This document shows, one piece after another, positions 39,626-48,514 of a DNA stretch of 64,000 nucleotides. The stretch is taken from assembly GCA_050287085.1 (NCBI GenBank), contig JBNKBE010000020.1, forward strand, positions 32,001-96,000, in the 5' to 3' direction. The notes beneath the pieces were generated by a model. It was not told where the DNA came from, did no database searches, and saw only the letters and a program-made list of their open reading frames with translations. The translations under genes were made by a program, and so were the position numbers. The number at the start of each line of letters is the position of its first letter. The stretch's first letter is position 1. The stretch comes from Polyangiaceae bacterium (lineage in GTDB: Bacteria; Myxococcota_A; Polyangia; Polyangiales; Polyangiaceae).

Positions 39626-39849
39626 GACCCCTCAATCTACCCCGTCTGGGACGTTCGTGTCGCCCCTAGAGTCGCCGGTCGAAAGAACCCCACACGCGAG
39701 TACGCGAGGGAGGCCAAACGAAGTCGCACGGGTTGCAGTGCGACCGCCAACTTTCTCCCGTGGGGGGGCACGTTCCGTGTCGGGATGGCGTCTCCCGTGG
39801 CTCGGCAGAGCTCTCTCGGCGGGACCGTCTGATGTCGCTCGCATGAAGG

Positions 39850-41247
39850 CTAGGGCAAGGTAGCCCCAGCCGCACTCAACACCGACGCTTTCACGCACTC
39901 CGCCGGCTCCGGCGTATACTCATAGCCGAGTTCGTCTTCAGGGAACGCTGCGGTGCTCTTCCAATCGTCGGCATTGGCCAACGTGTCGGCGCTGACGGTC
40001 CAGCTGATACCCTCACCGACGAAGTTGTCCCGCAAGTCCCAATACCCCGCCTCTGCGCTATAGCGAGAAGTAATGGGGTTCGTCGCATGCTCGAAGTAGT
40101 TGCTCTCGATCAGCGCAACGGCTCCCATCCGCACGTTGATGCCACTGCTCTTGATGTGGCCGAAGTAGTTGTTGAACACGTGGATGTAGCCAAAGCGAAC
40201 GAGCGGAGTCCGCGACGCGACATTTTCGTAGCGGTTGTGATGAAAGGTGACATAGCGCTCGGTATTCTCCGTGTCGCTGGACCCTAACAAGCCCGTCTTT
40301 TGATGGTCGTGCAGGTAGTTGTAAGAAACGGTGATGTAGCGTGCACCGCGCTTGATATCAATCAAGCCATCGAATTCGGTATCCCCCGCGCCAGGACAGT
40401 CGTCTTTGGTCGAACTGAAGAGCTCGTTGTGATCGATGAGCACATGCTCCACGTCCCCGTTGGTGTCGTTTCCCTCCAGCGTAATCGCGTCAGCGCTACC
40501 TCCGCCCGGAAGAAGGCCCAACGTCATGTTGCGGACGATGATGTTCTTCGCACGGCTGATCTTGATGCCAAAGTTTGCGCTGGACCCCGGCGCCCCTTCG
40601 AACGTGACGTTTTCCATCTCCTTGATTTGGAGCTGATTGGCGGCCTTCTCATGCTGGGCACAGACGTCCGATATCGTGGTGAAGTCGAATATTCCCGCGT
40701 AGCGGATCACGAGCGCCCCACGGTCTCCAGCTTTGAACGCGTCGCGATAGGCCGCCAGGGCTGCCGCCGCCTCATCAAATGAGTTCACGACGATGGGCGT
40801 CTGATCGCCACCACCGGTCGCGGCCCGGCCATATCCAAGCGCCGCAGTCGAGGCCCCGGCGCGCGCAAGACACCCATCTTGCCCCTGCGCTGCACTGCCG
40901 CCGGCTGCCGCGGCGCCCCCTTCGCCGATATCATCCACATCGGGCGCAACGGGGTTACTGCCCGCATCTCGGCTTTGCGCCGTCGCGCCCGCGCCACTTG
41001 CCGCAGTCTGCCCGCCCGCGCCACTTGCCGCAGTCTGCCCGCCCGCGCCACTTGCCGCAGTCTGCCCGCCCGCGCCGTTTCCAGAGGCCTCCGACGGCGC
41101 GCCGGGGCCCTGGCCCATAGTGCCCCCGACGCCCGCCGTCGCATCCGTGACAGCGTTTTCAGGCCCACTTCCCCCTTCCGTCCCACAGGACGCAGCAACA
41201 AGGCCGACCACCAGCCAACACGCGAAACTGAAGGAACGGAAGGTCAT
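39850..41247 (-). CDS. Pectate lyase (PL1) lipoprotein
   Basis: Lipobox AASC; NIIVRN, VLIDHNEL, DGLIDIK, KTGLLG, TFHHN, SRTPLVRFG, HVFNNY. Start ATG 41247 or 41259. Confidence 0.92.
   Translation of the reverse strand: MTFRSFSFACWLVVGLVAASCGTEGGSGPENAVTDATAGVGGTMGQGPGAPSEASGNGAGGQTAASGAGGQTAASGAGGQTAASGAGATAQSRDAGSNPVAPDVDDIGEGGAAAAGGSAAQGQDGCLARAGASTAALGYGRAATGGGDQTPIVVNSFDEAAAALAAYRDAFKAGDRGALVIRYAGIFDFTTISDVCAQHEKAANQLQIKEMENVTFEGAPGSSANFGIKISRAKNIIVRNMTLGLLPGGGSADAITLEGNDTNGDVEHVLIDHNELFSSTKDDCPGAGDTEFDGLIDIKRGARYITVSYNYLHDHQKTGLLGSSDTENTERYVTFHHNRYENVASRTPLVRFGYIHVFNNYFGHIKSSGINVRMGAVALIESNYFEHATNPITSRYSAEAGYWDLRDNFVGEGISWTVSADTLANADDWKSTAAFPEDELGYEYTPEPAECVKASVLSAAGATLP
40987..41076 (-). 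repeat. Three perfect 27-bp tandem copies plus a partial copy, in the pectate lyase linker
   Basis: Unit GCCCGCGCCACTTGCCGCAGTCTGCCC at 40987, 41014 and 41041; encodes GQTAASGAG. Confidence 0.95.
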
Positions 41248-41597
41248 CCCGAAGTGCATGCAACAACTGCGTGTGGCCGTCAATTCGCCGCCGCACGCAG
41301 CTTCCACACCGCAGTCAAATCGAGAAAATTGTGTCAGCACCACGGCGCCGTGGCCCGAGTTGTGCGCATGATCGGCGAACAACCCGCGGCCCGGCGGCTC
41401 TCTCGAATGCGCCAGCACTGGCTAAGATTCGGCAAGGATTGCACAAGCACCTCCTTTCCGATCCGCTCCAGGCATTCTGTGCGCGCCGCGGACGGCTCGG
41501 GCCAAGCGCTTCCGAGTCCAGCTTGACGAACCGAGTCCAAAGGTGCTCGTGTGTCAGAAAGAGCCAGACACTCGTACTGACAAGGAAGGAGTCTCAG

Positions 41598-42416
41598 GTG
41601 AAACCAACAAGACTAGACCGAATGCTGTGGTGGGCGGTGCTGGCAGGAGTGGTGGGATGCGGCGGCTCCAAACCGGTGGCCACCTCGGCACAAGCTTCAA
41701 CGGAAAGCACGGCTCCGTCCGAGGAAGTGGCCAGCACTAGCTCGGAAGGCGCCCCCACCGAGAGCGCTGAGCCCGAAGCCGTCGCCCCGCGTCCAGACGT
41801 TCCTCCGGAAGGTTCGTCGCTCGATCGCGTGATGCAGGCTCACTTCAAGGACGCCCTTCTGATACGGGAGGCCGTCATCGCAGGCAAACCGGAAGACGCC
41901 GCAATGCCAGCCGACGTCATCGCCAACCTGGAGAACCTCGATCGATTGCCCAAGGGCTGGCAACCGTTCGTGGAAAACATGAAGGCCACGGCACGACGTG
42001 TGAACAACAGTACAACGTCGGCTAGCGTCGCCGCAGCCGTCGCAGATCTCGGCGTATCTTGTGGGCTCTGTCATCGACAACATGGTGGACCCAGCGCCAG
42101 CGCAGAGGCACCGCCGGCCACTGGCACTACGCTGGAGGAGCGCATGCAGCATCACGCCTGGGCCACAGAGCGGCTGTGGGAAGGGCTCTCCGTGCCGTCG
42201 AGTGAAGCGTGGAACGCGGGTGCTAGTGCACTGGCCACAGCGACCTTTCCGAAAGAGCTATTGGAGAAAGGTGGCGTGGATGTTCGAACCTCAGCCGCTG
42301 ATTTCACACACCTTGCGACGAAAGCTTCAAAGCAGAAGCACACGGAAGGGCGCGCCGCCGTATACGCTGAATTGCTCGTGACGTGTGGGACCTGTCACCA
42401 GGCTACCGCCCACTAG
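41598..42416 (+). CDS. Diheme c-type cytochrome lipoprotein (two cytochrome c'-like helical repeats)
   Basis: AAGGAG RBS before GTG 41598; lipobox VVGC; CGLCH and CGTCH each end a helical repeat starting MQAH / MQHH. Confidence 0.8.
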   Translation: MKPTRLDRMLWWAVLAGVVGCGGSKPVATSAQASTESTAPSEEVASTSSEGAPTESAEPEAVAPRPDVPPEGSSLDRVMQAHFKDALLIREAVIAGKPEDAAMPADVIANLENLDRLPKGWQPFVENMKATARRVNNSTTSASVAAAVADLGVSCGLCHRQHGGPSASAEAPPATGTTLEERMQHHAWATERLWEGLSVPSSEAWNAGASALATATFPKELLEKGGVDVRTSAADFTHLATKASKQKHTEGRAAVYAELLVTCGTCHQATAH

Positions 42417-42423
42417 CGCTGGC

Positions 42424-42466
42424 GAGCGGGGCGGAGTCCAAACGAGCTCCGAAGGCCGCCCCGCTC
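42424..42466. terminator. Inverted repeat between convergent genes
   Basis: 11-bp stem GAGCGGGGCGG/CCGCCCCGCTC. Confidence 0.5.
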
Positions 42467-43341
42467 TAATCGCTGCGCGCGGGCGAACACATCAACTGAC
42501 GAGCGTCCAATAGCAGGGTCATAACACCTCCCACGTCCGCGATACCCGTCGTGAGGCCATTTTGGCTGGCAAGCACATTGTTGATGGGTTGAATATGCTC
42601 CGCCTCAATGCTGCGGACCGCTTGCACTTCATCCACCAGAAAGCCACACAATTCCCCGTCCAAGACCATAACCAGCACGACTTCACGGGACGCTCTGAGG
42701 ATGTCAGCCACCTCGTCGAATAGCCCGATCAGTTCCGCCAGCTCCGTATCACGGGTCTGCTTGACCAAAGACTGTGCTTGAGCAACCTGTCCGGCTTCGA
42801 GCAACGCTGCCGCCCGCTTTGCCACCGCATGGATACGCTGGTGGGGCGCGTCAAACTTCTTTAGGTGAAACGCAAGCTGGGTGTTGTCAGTCTCGTAGGT
42901 GTCATACCACTGGCCAAACGCGCACTGATGCGGGTCCGTCGTCAACTCGAAGGGGCGCCCCTCGTCTATCGAACGAGATAGCTCCTCCAACCATTCAATA
43001 TGGTCTTGTTTGCGCTTCTGGATCAGAGCGTCGAATTCACGACGTTCCGTGTCGCTGGCAGTCATGCCTAGCCGACGCCTGAGGTCCAGAACAGGCACGG
43101 CCTTGTTCCTCACCATCGCGATGCCACGAATGTGGTCGGGGTAAGTAGCCGGTTTCACGAGCTCGTCGAGCACCACCATCTGGGCCAGGTTTTCGATCGG
43201 CAACGCGTACTGGCGCCCGCTCAGAAGTACGATCGCCCAACCGACTTCCGACCTGGTGTCGTTATCCACCTCAAGTGCCTCTTGTGCCATCACTTCGTCT
43301 TCTAGCCTCTGGCTCGCCTGGGACGCGTCGAACTTGAGCAT
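42466..43341 (-). CDS. CheW-like protein with an inserted CZB (chemoreceptor zinc-binding) domain
   Basis: CheW halves YALPI...IRGIAMVRNKAVPVLDLRRRLG and GFLVDEV...LLLD flank CZB motifs QDHIEW, DPHQCAFGQWY and PHQRIH. Start could be 43341 or 43290. Confidence 0.87.
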   Translation of the reverse strand: MLKFDASQASQRLEDEVMAQEALEVDNDTRSEVGWAIVLLSGRQYALPIENLAQMVVLDELVKPATYPDHIRGIAMVRNKAVPVLDLRRRLGMTASDTERREFDALIQKRKQDHIEWLEELSRSIDEGRPFELTTDPHQCAFGQWYDTYETDNTQLAFHLKKFDAPHQRIHAVAKRAAALLEAGQVAQAQSLVKQTRDTELAELIGLFDEVADILRASREVVLVMVLDGELCGFLVDEVQAVRSIEAEHIQPINNVLASQNGLTTGIADVGGVMTLLLDARQLMCSPARSD

Positions 43342-43524
43342 CTCCAACGCCGGAGTACGGCCGGGCGCGGCCGTTCTTTAGAAACGAATCGCACCGGGCC
43401 TAGGGTAGCGCCGCACGAACCGCGTACCTTCACACCCACCCCCTCACCTTGAGGCGAACCTCTTCGGGAAGCGGCAGGCGAAGTTACTGAAACAACACGC
43501 AATGCCCCAGACGACACCGAGAAG

Positions 43525-43612
43525 GACTGGGTGCAACAAGGCTTGGTGCACTCAGTCTTGTTGCATCCACCCGTGCATTCCTGGTCTTGTTGCACCCACC
43601 CGTGCATTCCTG
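43525..43612. repeat. Intergenic hairpin followed by a 29-bp tandem duplication
   Basis: GACTGGGTGCA/TGCACTCAGTC stem (43525-43557); GTCTTGTTGCA(T/C)CCACCCGTGCATTCCTG at 43555-43583 and 43584-43612. Confidence 0.85.
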
Positions 43613-43749
43613 ACTGTGCTCCGCCACAACCCGTGGTAAGTTTGCGTTTGCGCCTGCATCCATTTCCCCGGCATGGTTCTACAAGCAATCCACGCCGCCA
43701 GCAAAGCGCGACAGCTCAGGCAGCGCCCGACGGCTCAAAGGAGAAGAAC

Positions 43750-44184
43750 GTGGTCATTCCGCTCGACCTCGACCATTCGATTCAGCACCGACAGTTAGTC
43801 TCGCAAGGCGAGTGTACCACGCTCTGGTATTACGCTGAACTTCGGATCATACACCATCAGATCTCGGCGCCCCCGTCGTCGCAGGAGTTTCGCGAGCTGT
43901 TGACTCGTGGTGCAGATGTGCTCGAGCGATTCCATGTTCAGAAATGGTTGTCGGACGATAGCGGCAACAACCTAATCCGCCCCGACGACGAGACATGGGC
44001 GCGCAACGAGTGGCTCCCGCGGGCTCTACGTGGAGGCTTCAAGTATTGGGCGATCGTGCGTCCCTCCACGGCGGTTGGTAAACTCTTGATGCACCGTCTC
44101 GCAGCTGAGCACGCGCAGATTGGAATCGTCTCCCACTTTGGCGCAACTCCAGATGATGCGCTTGAGTGGCTCATGTTGCAGTAG
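43750..44184 (+). CDS. Small SpoIIAA/STAS-SEC14-like hypothetical protein
   Basis: AAAGGAG RBS before GTG 43750; KWLSDD, W...WLPRA...GFKYWAIV, C-terminal DALEWL. Confidence 0.65.
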   Translation: MVIPLDLDHSIQHRQLVSQGECTTLWYYAELRIIHHQISAPPSSQEFRELLTRGADVLERFHVQKWLSDDSGNNLIRPDDETWARNEWLPRALRGGFKYWAIVRPSTAVGKLLMHRLAAEHAQIGIVSHFGATPDDALEWLMLQ

Positions 44185-44270
44185 GGTTGGGACCGCACGT
44201 GGACCGGGCAGCGAAGCCGCAACGCCTCACGCCGCTCCCCTGGAGTACCCACTGCGGCGCGCGCCGCCCT

Positions 44271-45257
44271 TCAACGCGCGTCGAGAGTATGCTCGGTTAG
44301 TTCTTCGTTGCGATCGGTCGCGAGCGGCGGGGCTGGTGACAGAGCTGCGATCTCTCGATAGAGCGCATCTGACATAGTGTAGCTGGCAGCGGCCAGCGAG
44401 GGCTGCAGTTGCTCTGCCGTGCGCGCCCCAATGAGGGGCGCAGTGACCGCCGGGTGCGCCGCAACCCACGCGATGGCAAGCGTTACGGGGTGAACCCCTT
44501 CGCGCGCCGCAAGCGCCGTGAAGCGCGCCGCGATATCCAGATAGCTGGCCTCGCCATAGCGAGTTGCGTCCGCCTTCAGCTTCTGAAGACGCCCTTCACT
44601 ATCCGCCGTTCCATACTTGCCGGTAAGCAATCCACCCGCAAGCGGACTATAGGATATAACCCCGAGTCCTTCGGCCGCTGCCATGGGCAGCAGCTCGACC
44701 TCAGCTTGGCGCTTGACCAGGCTATACATGGGTTGAATTGCCACCATCGGCGCAAATCCGAGTCGCTCAGCGTGTCCTAACGCACGCGCCACCTGCCAAG
44801 CGGCAAAGTTGCTGACGGCCGGATACAAGACCTTGCCCGATCGGACCAAGTGTTCCAGCCCCCGCAAGGTCTCTTCGAGACTGGTCACGTCGTCGAAACG
44901 GTGCAGATACAGCACGTCGAGGCGATCGGTGCCCAGACGTTGCAGACTCGCCTCCACAGCGCGAACCAAATGGTAGCGAGACGTACCGCGCGCGTTGGGA
45001 TCGGCGCTCGTCGGAAAGTAGGCCTTGCTGCACAACACCAGCTCATCGCGGCACGGAGCGATGAGCTCTCGCACGATCAGCTCCGATCGCCCCCCCGCAT
45101 ACACGTCGGCGCAGTCGACCAAGTTGATGCCCGCGTCTCGACACTGCGCAAACATGGCGGCGCAAGCTTGCTGATCCGATTCCCGGCCGAAAGTCATGGT
45201 ACCGAGGCCCAGCCGCGACACTCGAACGCCAGTCTTGCCCAGGAAACGATAGTCCAT
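44271..45257 (-). CDS. Aldo/keto reductase
   Basis: MDYRFLGKTGVRVSRLGLGTMTFG, DCADVY, SLQRLGTDRLDVLYLH, YSPLAGGLLTGKY. Confidence 0.94.
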   Translation of the reverse strand: MDYRFLGKTGVRVSRLGLGTMTFGRESDQQACAAMFAQCRDAGINLVDCADVYAGGRSELIVRELIAPCRDELVLCSKAYFPTSADPNARGTSRYHLVRAVEASLQRLGTDRLDVLYLHRFDDVTSLEETLRGLEHLVRSGKVLYPAVSNFAAWQVARALGHAERLGFAPMVAIQPMYSLVKRQAEVELLPMAAAEGLGVISYSPLAGGLLTGKYGTADSEGRLQKLKADATRYGEASYLDIAARFTALAAREGVHPVTLAIAWVAAHPAVTAPLIGARTAEQLQPSLAAASYTMSDALYREIAALSPAPPLATDRNEELTEHTLDAR

Positions 45258-45454
45258 GACCCCATGGATGGCACACCCACGCCGTTGCTGGCAACCATGC
45301 TCCTGCCCGCCGAAACTTTGATCGGGGGAGCAAGAGCGAGCTTGCTCGGGCCCCGCGCTTCGGGCTTCGGCCCGTGGGAGGGGTTCGGCTTCGGGGCCCT
45401 CACTCGTTCGACCTCGAATCTCAGCGTCGTGGCGCGCCCGCACCTGCTGGCCCT

Positions 45455-46015
45455 CTAGTGCTCTGTGCGCCCGCACTCGGCCGCCATCTGAAGCAGCCTT
45501 GCGACAGTGTTGGCATTGCGTGCGGTCGCGCTTCCAGCCAGCGCCCGTCCCACCTTCTCTGCCAATTTCGAGCGACCTATACCGTCCGGCGCGTAGAGAT
45601 AGAACACGTTGCCAACGCGGCGGAAGTCTTCGCGTTTTGATTTGACAGCATCCAGGGGCGCAGTGTCGAACACCACTGGCGACCCCGCCAGAAAGAAGTA
45701 GTGCAGCTGCTTGCCCTCCTCGGGCTGAAACGGATTGCGCTGCACTGCCGACGCCAACTCCTCATGGCTTAGGTAGACAATCTCTGGTCGAAACCCAAAG
45801 TGCTGCTCTACCAGCAGCGCCAATTGGCCCTTCGGGCGCTGAGCAGAGCGAAATACGATATTGCCGCTCTGGATATAGGTGCGCACGTCCTCGAAACCGT
45901 TGTCGGTCATCACCCGGGTCAACGCGCTCATCGGCAGGCGATTTTTACCGCCAACGTTCACACCACGCAACAAGGCAATCCAAACTGTCATTGGCTCAGC
46001 CTCCACTTTGCTCAC
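45455..46015 (-). CDS. DUF1697-domain protein
   Basis: IALLRGVNVGGKN, VRTYIQSGNIVF, TARNANT. Start could be ATG ~45991. Confidence 0.9.
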   Translation of the reverse strand: MSKVEAEPMTVWIALLRGVNVGGKNRLPMSALTRVMTDNGFEDVRTYIQSGNIVFRSAQRPKGQLALLVEQHFGFRPEIVYLSHEELASAVQRNPFQPEEGKQLHYFFLAGSPVVFDTAPLDAVKSKREDFRRVGNVFYLYAPDGIGRSKLAEKVGRALAGSATARNANTVARLLQMAAECGRTEH

Positions 46016-46037
46016 TCACTTCACATCCATTGGACCA

Positions 46038-46700
46038 CTAGGTCTGCTGCGCCACAAAGGTCAGCAGCAAACACCAGAAGCACAAGACGAGGTTGAAGAG
46101 GATCAGCTGCAGTGCCGACGGCAACGAATAAACAATACACACCGCCGGCACCCACACAACCCACGTGGACACCAGCACGACCAAGACGCGGCGAATGAAC
46201 GCCCGAGGCCGAAGCTCCGGCGCCACCCTACGAAACGAGAAGCCAGCGTCTTTCCAGAGAAAGAAGAGGCACTGAGTTGGCGCTGCCCACAGCGGGTTAT
46301 AGATGAACTGGTCGACCAGGACCTTCTTGACGATCACGTCAACCGATGCATCGGCGCCGAAGAGCCAAGCTTGCGCGCGGTAGAGCCCATCCACTTCGAC
46401 GCCCTTGTAGCACCAGAAGACGAGGTAGAATGCGAGCTCGAGAAGCCCTCGTTCACGCTGAATCCGGCGCCCAAACCACAACACCAAGAAAGGCACCAGG
46501 CCTCCAAAGAACGCCGTGGAGGCCGCCGAAAAAGCATAACCCCATGCCGTCTTCAGGCGACCTATCGCATCGAGCCAATGGCCCACCGGCGCGCTGAGAT
46601 AATACGCCCCAACAATGAGCAAGGCGAACACTGGAAGCACCAATCCGGGCACGAGATTGGCCCGAACACCACGCCAGATAACCGGGAGGATAGCCGTCAT
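46038..46700 (-). CDS. Mpv17/PMP22-like membrane protein
   Basis: Multi-TM; KVLVDQFIYNPLW and W-x-VW-x-P...YSLP...LQ. Confidence 0.72.
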   Translation of the reverse strand: MTAILPVIWRGVRANLVPGLVLPVFALLIVGAYYLSAPVGHWLDAIGRLKTAWGYAFSAASTAFFGGLVPFLVLWFGRRIQRERGLLELAFYLVFWCYKGVEVDGLYRAQAWLFGADASVDVIVKKVLVDQFIYNPLWAAPTQCLFFLWKDAGFSFRRVAPELRPRAFIRRVLVVLVSTWVVWVPAVCIVYSLPSALQLILFNLVLCFWCLLLTFVAQQT

Positions 46701-46701
46701 C

Positions 46702-47019
46702 CTATTCCAGCCCGGCGTCGCGACGAAACTCGTGGCACTGACGACTTCCCGCCTGAAAGTCGCGACACGTCGTACCCCTGACTTCGTAGATCTGGCAGGC
46801 GTGGGGGCTCTCAGCTGTCCCCAGCCAAACGCACGCCCCCTTCGAGTCGGTCGCGAAGGCCTGCAAACCGAAATGTCCGGGTTGCACTTGCTCAGCAATG
46901 TCCGCGCGCCCGATCCGGCGCCAACGGACCAGGTCTTCCGGTGGGATCAGGATGCGACCGTCGTGCCCAGTCCGGCAACACACGCCGCAGGCAAGGCAAT
47001 CAGGAACTGCGGTGTTCAA
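46702..47019 (-). CDS. YkgJ-family (CxxCxxCC) cysteine-cluster protein
   Basis: DCLACGVCC...CVWL...CQIYEVRGTTCRDF...C; stop is 1 nt from the next start. Confidence 0.85.
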   Translation of the reverse strand: MNTAVPDCLACGVCCRTGHDGRILIPPEDLVRWRRIGRADIAEQVQPGHFGLQAFATDSKGACVWLGTAESPHACQIYEVRGTTCRDFQAGSRQCHEFRRDAGLE

Positions 47020-47168
47020 GGCGCCACGCTTTCAAGAGGCCGCGACTGCGGAAGGAGCTCATGAGTAGAAACCAGCGACGCAGCCACGGGGTGATTGTAG
47101 GCAGCGGCGGAGACTTGGAGTATCGAAGCCTGGAAGCCCAACCGAGGTCGGCCGGCCCGGGGATGTGC

Positions 47169-48401
47169 TCAAAACCCTACGCCGAGTCCGAGGCGAGCGC
47201 CCGTACCCTCCGGCCCAAACAAATACAGCGCTGTATCGACCACAAGCGGCCCTCCGTGAACCCCGGCCGAGATCAGCAGACGCACCTGACTGTCCGACCG
47301 ATGAAGCTCGTCTTCCACGATGCTGGTACCGGCCACCGTCGCCGTGCGGTCGACAATGGCATCCCATTGGCTAGCCACACCGACGCCCACGCCAACACCG
47401 CCTTCCGCGTCCCCCCGGTACGCCGACAGCTCAAGCTCCACCAGCCAACGGTCTCGCTGACTGAGTTCGAAACTCGACACAACCTCGGTATCACCCCACA
47501 GGCGAGCGCCGCGAACAGCCACCCCCCAGACGTTTCCGAGTGCAACGCGGACTCCCGCAAGCACCCCGCTGAGCTGGTATTCCGCCGACGGTATCCACGC
47601 GAGCTGCCAGCTGAAGCGGCTGAACTCCGGCGCAAAGACCCCCTGCGAATCGATACGCTTCGCCAACGCCTCCAATTTTGCCACGGACGTGGCAAAGGAG
47701 ATCCCATCCGCCTCGGCAATGCGTACCACAACAACTCCCACCACATCGCCATCGGTCGTCAGCAGCGGCCCGCCTGAGTTTCCTGGGTTAACAGGCGCAT
47801 CCGTCTGTACATAGTCAGCGGGTGGTGCGCTGACTACGCCCTGGCTGATTGCCAGAACAGGCTTCTCGGAGCCCTTTCGGCGACGCTGCTCGGCGCCCCA
47901 TGGATTGCCGATCGCGGCCACCGGATCTCCTACTTGTCCGAGCTCAGCAGAAACTGGCTGGAGCACAGGTGCCTCGAGCGACGCCTCGAGCTCCAAAATC
48001 GCAAGGTCCCATTCCGCGTCCCACGCAACCACCCGCGCCGCGAGCTTGCGCCCCTCGGTGGTCACGACGGTCAGCACGCCAGGGCGGTTCACAACGTGCA
48101 GCGCGGTGGCCACATGCCGGCTGGAGTGGAAGAGAAAGGCGGTGCCTTCCGCGTCTCCGCAACTCACGAGCACGATGCTCTTATTGACTTGGTTGTAAAG
48201 CCTGCGACCCCAACCTTCAGCTGCCGGGCGCGCCGCTGGCGCCGGCGCGGGCGTGGTCTCCTCATCCGGCTGCGCTGCGTGCGCCGGACCTGCCACCGCA
48301 ACGCCCACCAAAGAAACCCCCAAGAGCCTGTGGCCAAGACCTGCTCGCCTAGCGCCCACGGCCTGCGGGACACGCGCCCCGTAACGTCGTTCGATGCTCA
48401 C
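47169..48401 (-). CDS. Exported trypsin-like (S1C) serine protease with a beta-rich C-terminal domain
   Basis: Catalytic triad TALHVV / DLAIL / GNSGGPL; AIGNP, QTDAPVNPG; no PDZ; ends ARLGLGVGF. Confidence 0.87.
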   Translation of the reverse strand: MSIERRYGARVPQAVGARRAGLGHRLLGVSLVGVAVAGPAHAAQPDEETTPAPAPAARPAAEGWGRRLYNQVNKSIVLVSCGDAEGTAFLFHSSRHVATALHVVNRPGVLTVVTTEGRKLAARVVAWDAEWDLAILELEASLEAPVLQPVSAELGQVGDPVAAIGNPWGAEQRRRKGSEKPVLAISQGVVSAPPADYVQTDAPVNPGNSGGPLLTTDGDVVGVVVVRIAEADGISFATSVAKLEALAKRIDSQGVFAPEFSRFSWQLAWIPSAEYQLSGVLAGVRVALGNVWGVAVRGARLWGDTEVVSSFELSQRDRWLVELELSAYRGDAEGGVGVGVGVASQWDAIVDRTATVAGTSIVEDELHRSDSQVRLLISAGVHGGPLVVDTALYLFGPEGTGARLGLGVGF

Positions 48402-48514
48402 AGATAGACTTGTGCCATGAAGTACACCTTCAGCACACCCTCCTGATCGCCGGGCGGCCGATTCACAGCACTCGCTTCTCTCGAGCGTTCCGAGAGTTTC
48501 GCTATAAGACGGGG

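Noticed and set aside
43555..43612. 29-bp repeats as a mini-CRISPR array
   Set aside because: Only two copies, directly adjacent with no spacer, and no cas genes in the window.
43302..43688. Cys-rich minus-strand ORF (ECTGGCNKTECTKPCC) as a RiPP precursor
   Set aside because: The Cys pattern comes from the TGCA-rich DNA repeat, whose 29-bp unit is not a multiple of 3; no modifying enzymes are nearby.
43600..43700. c-di-GMP-I riboswitch upstream of the CheW-CZB gene
   Set aside because: Only a superficial GCAAAC similarity on the minus strand; the two-stem architecture could not be built.
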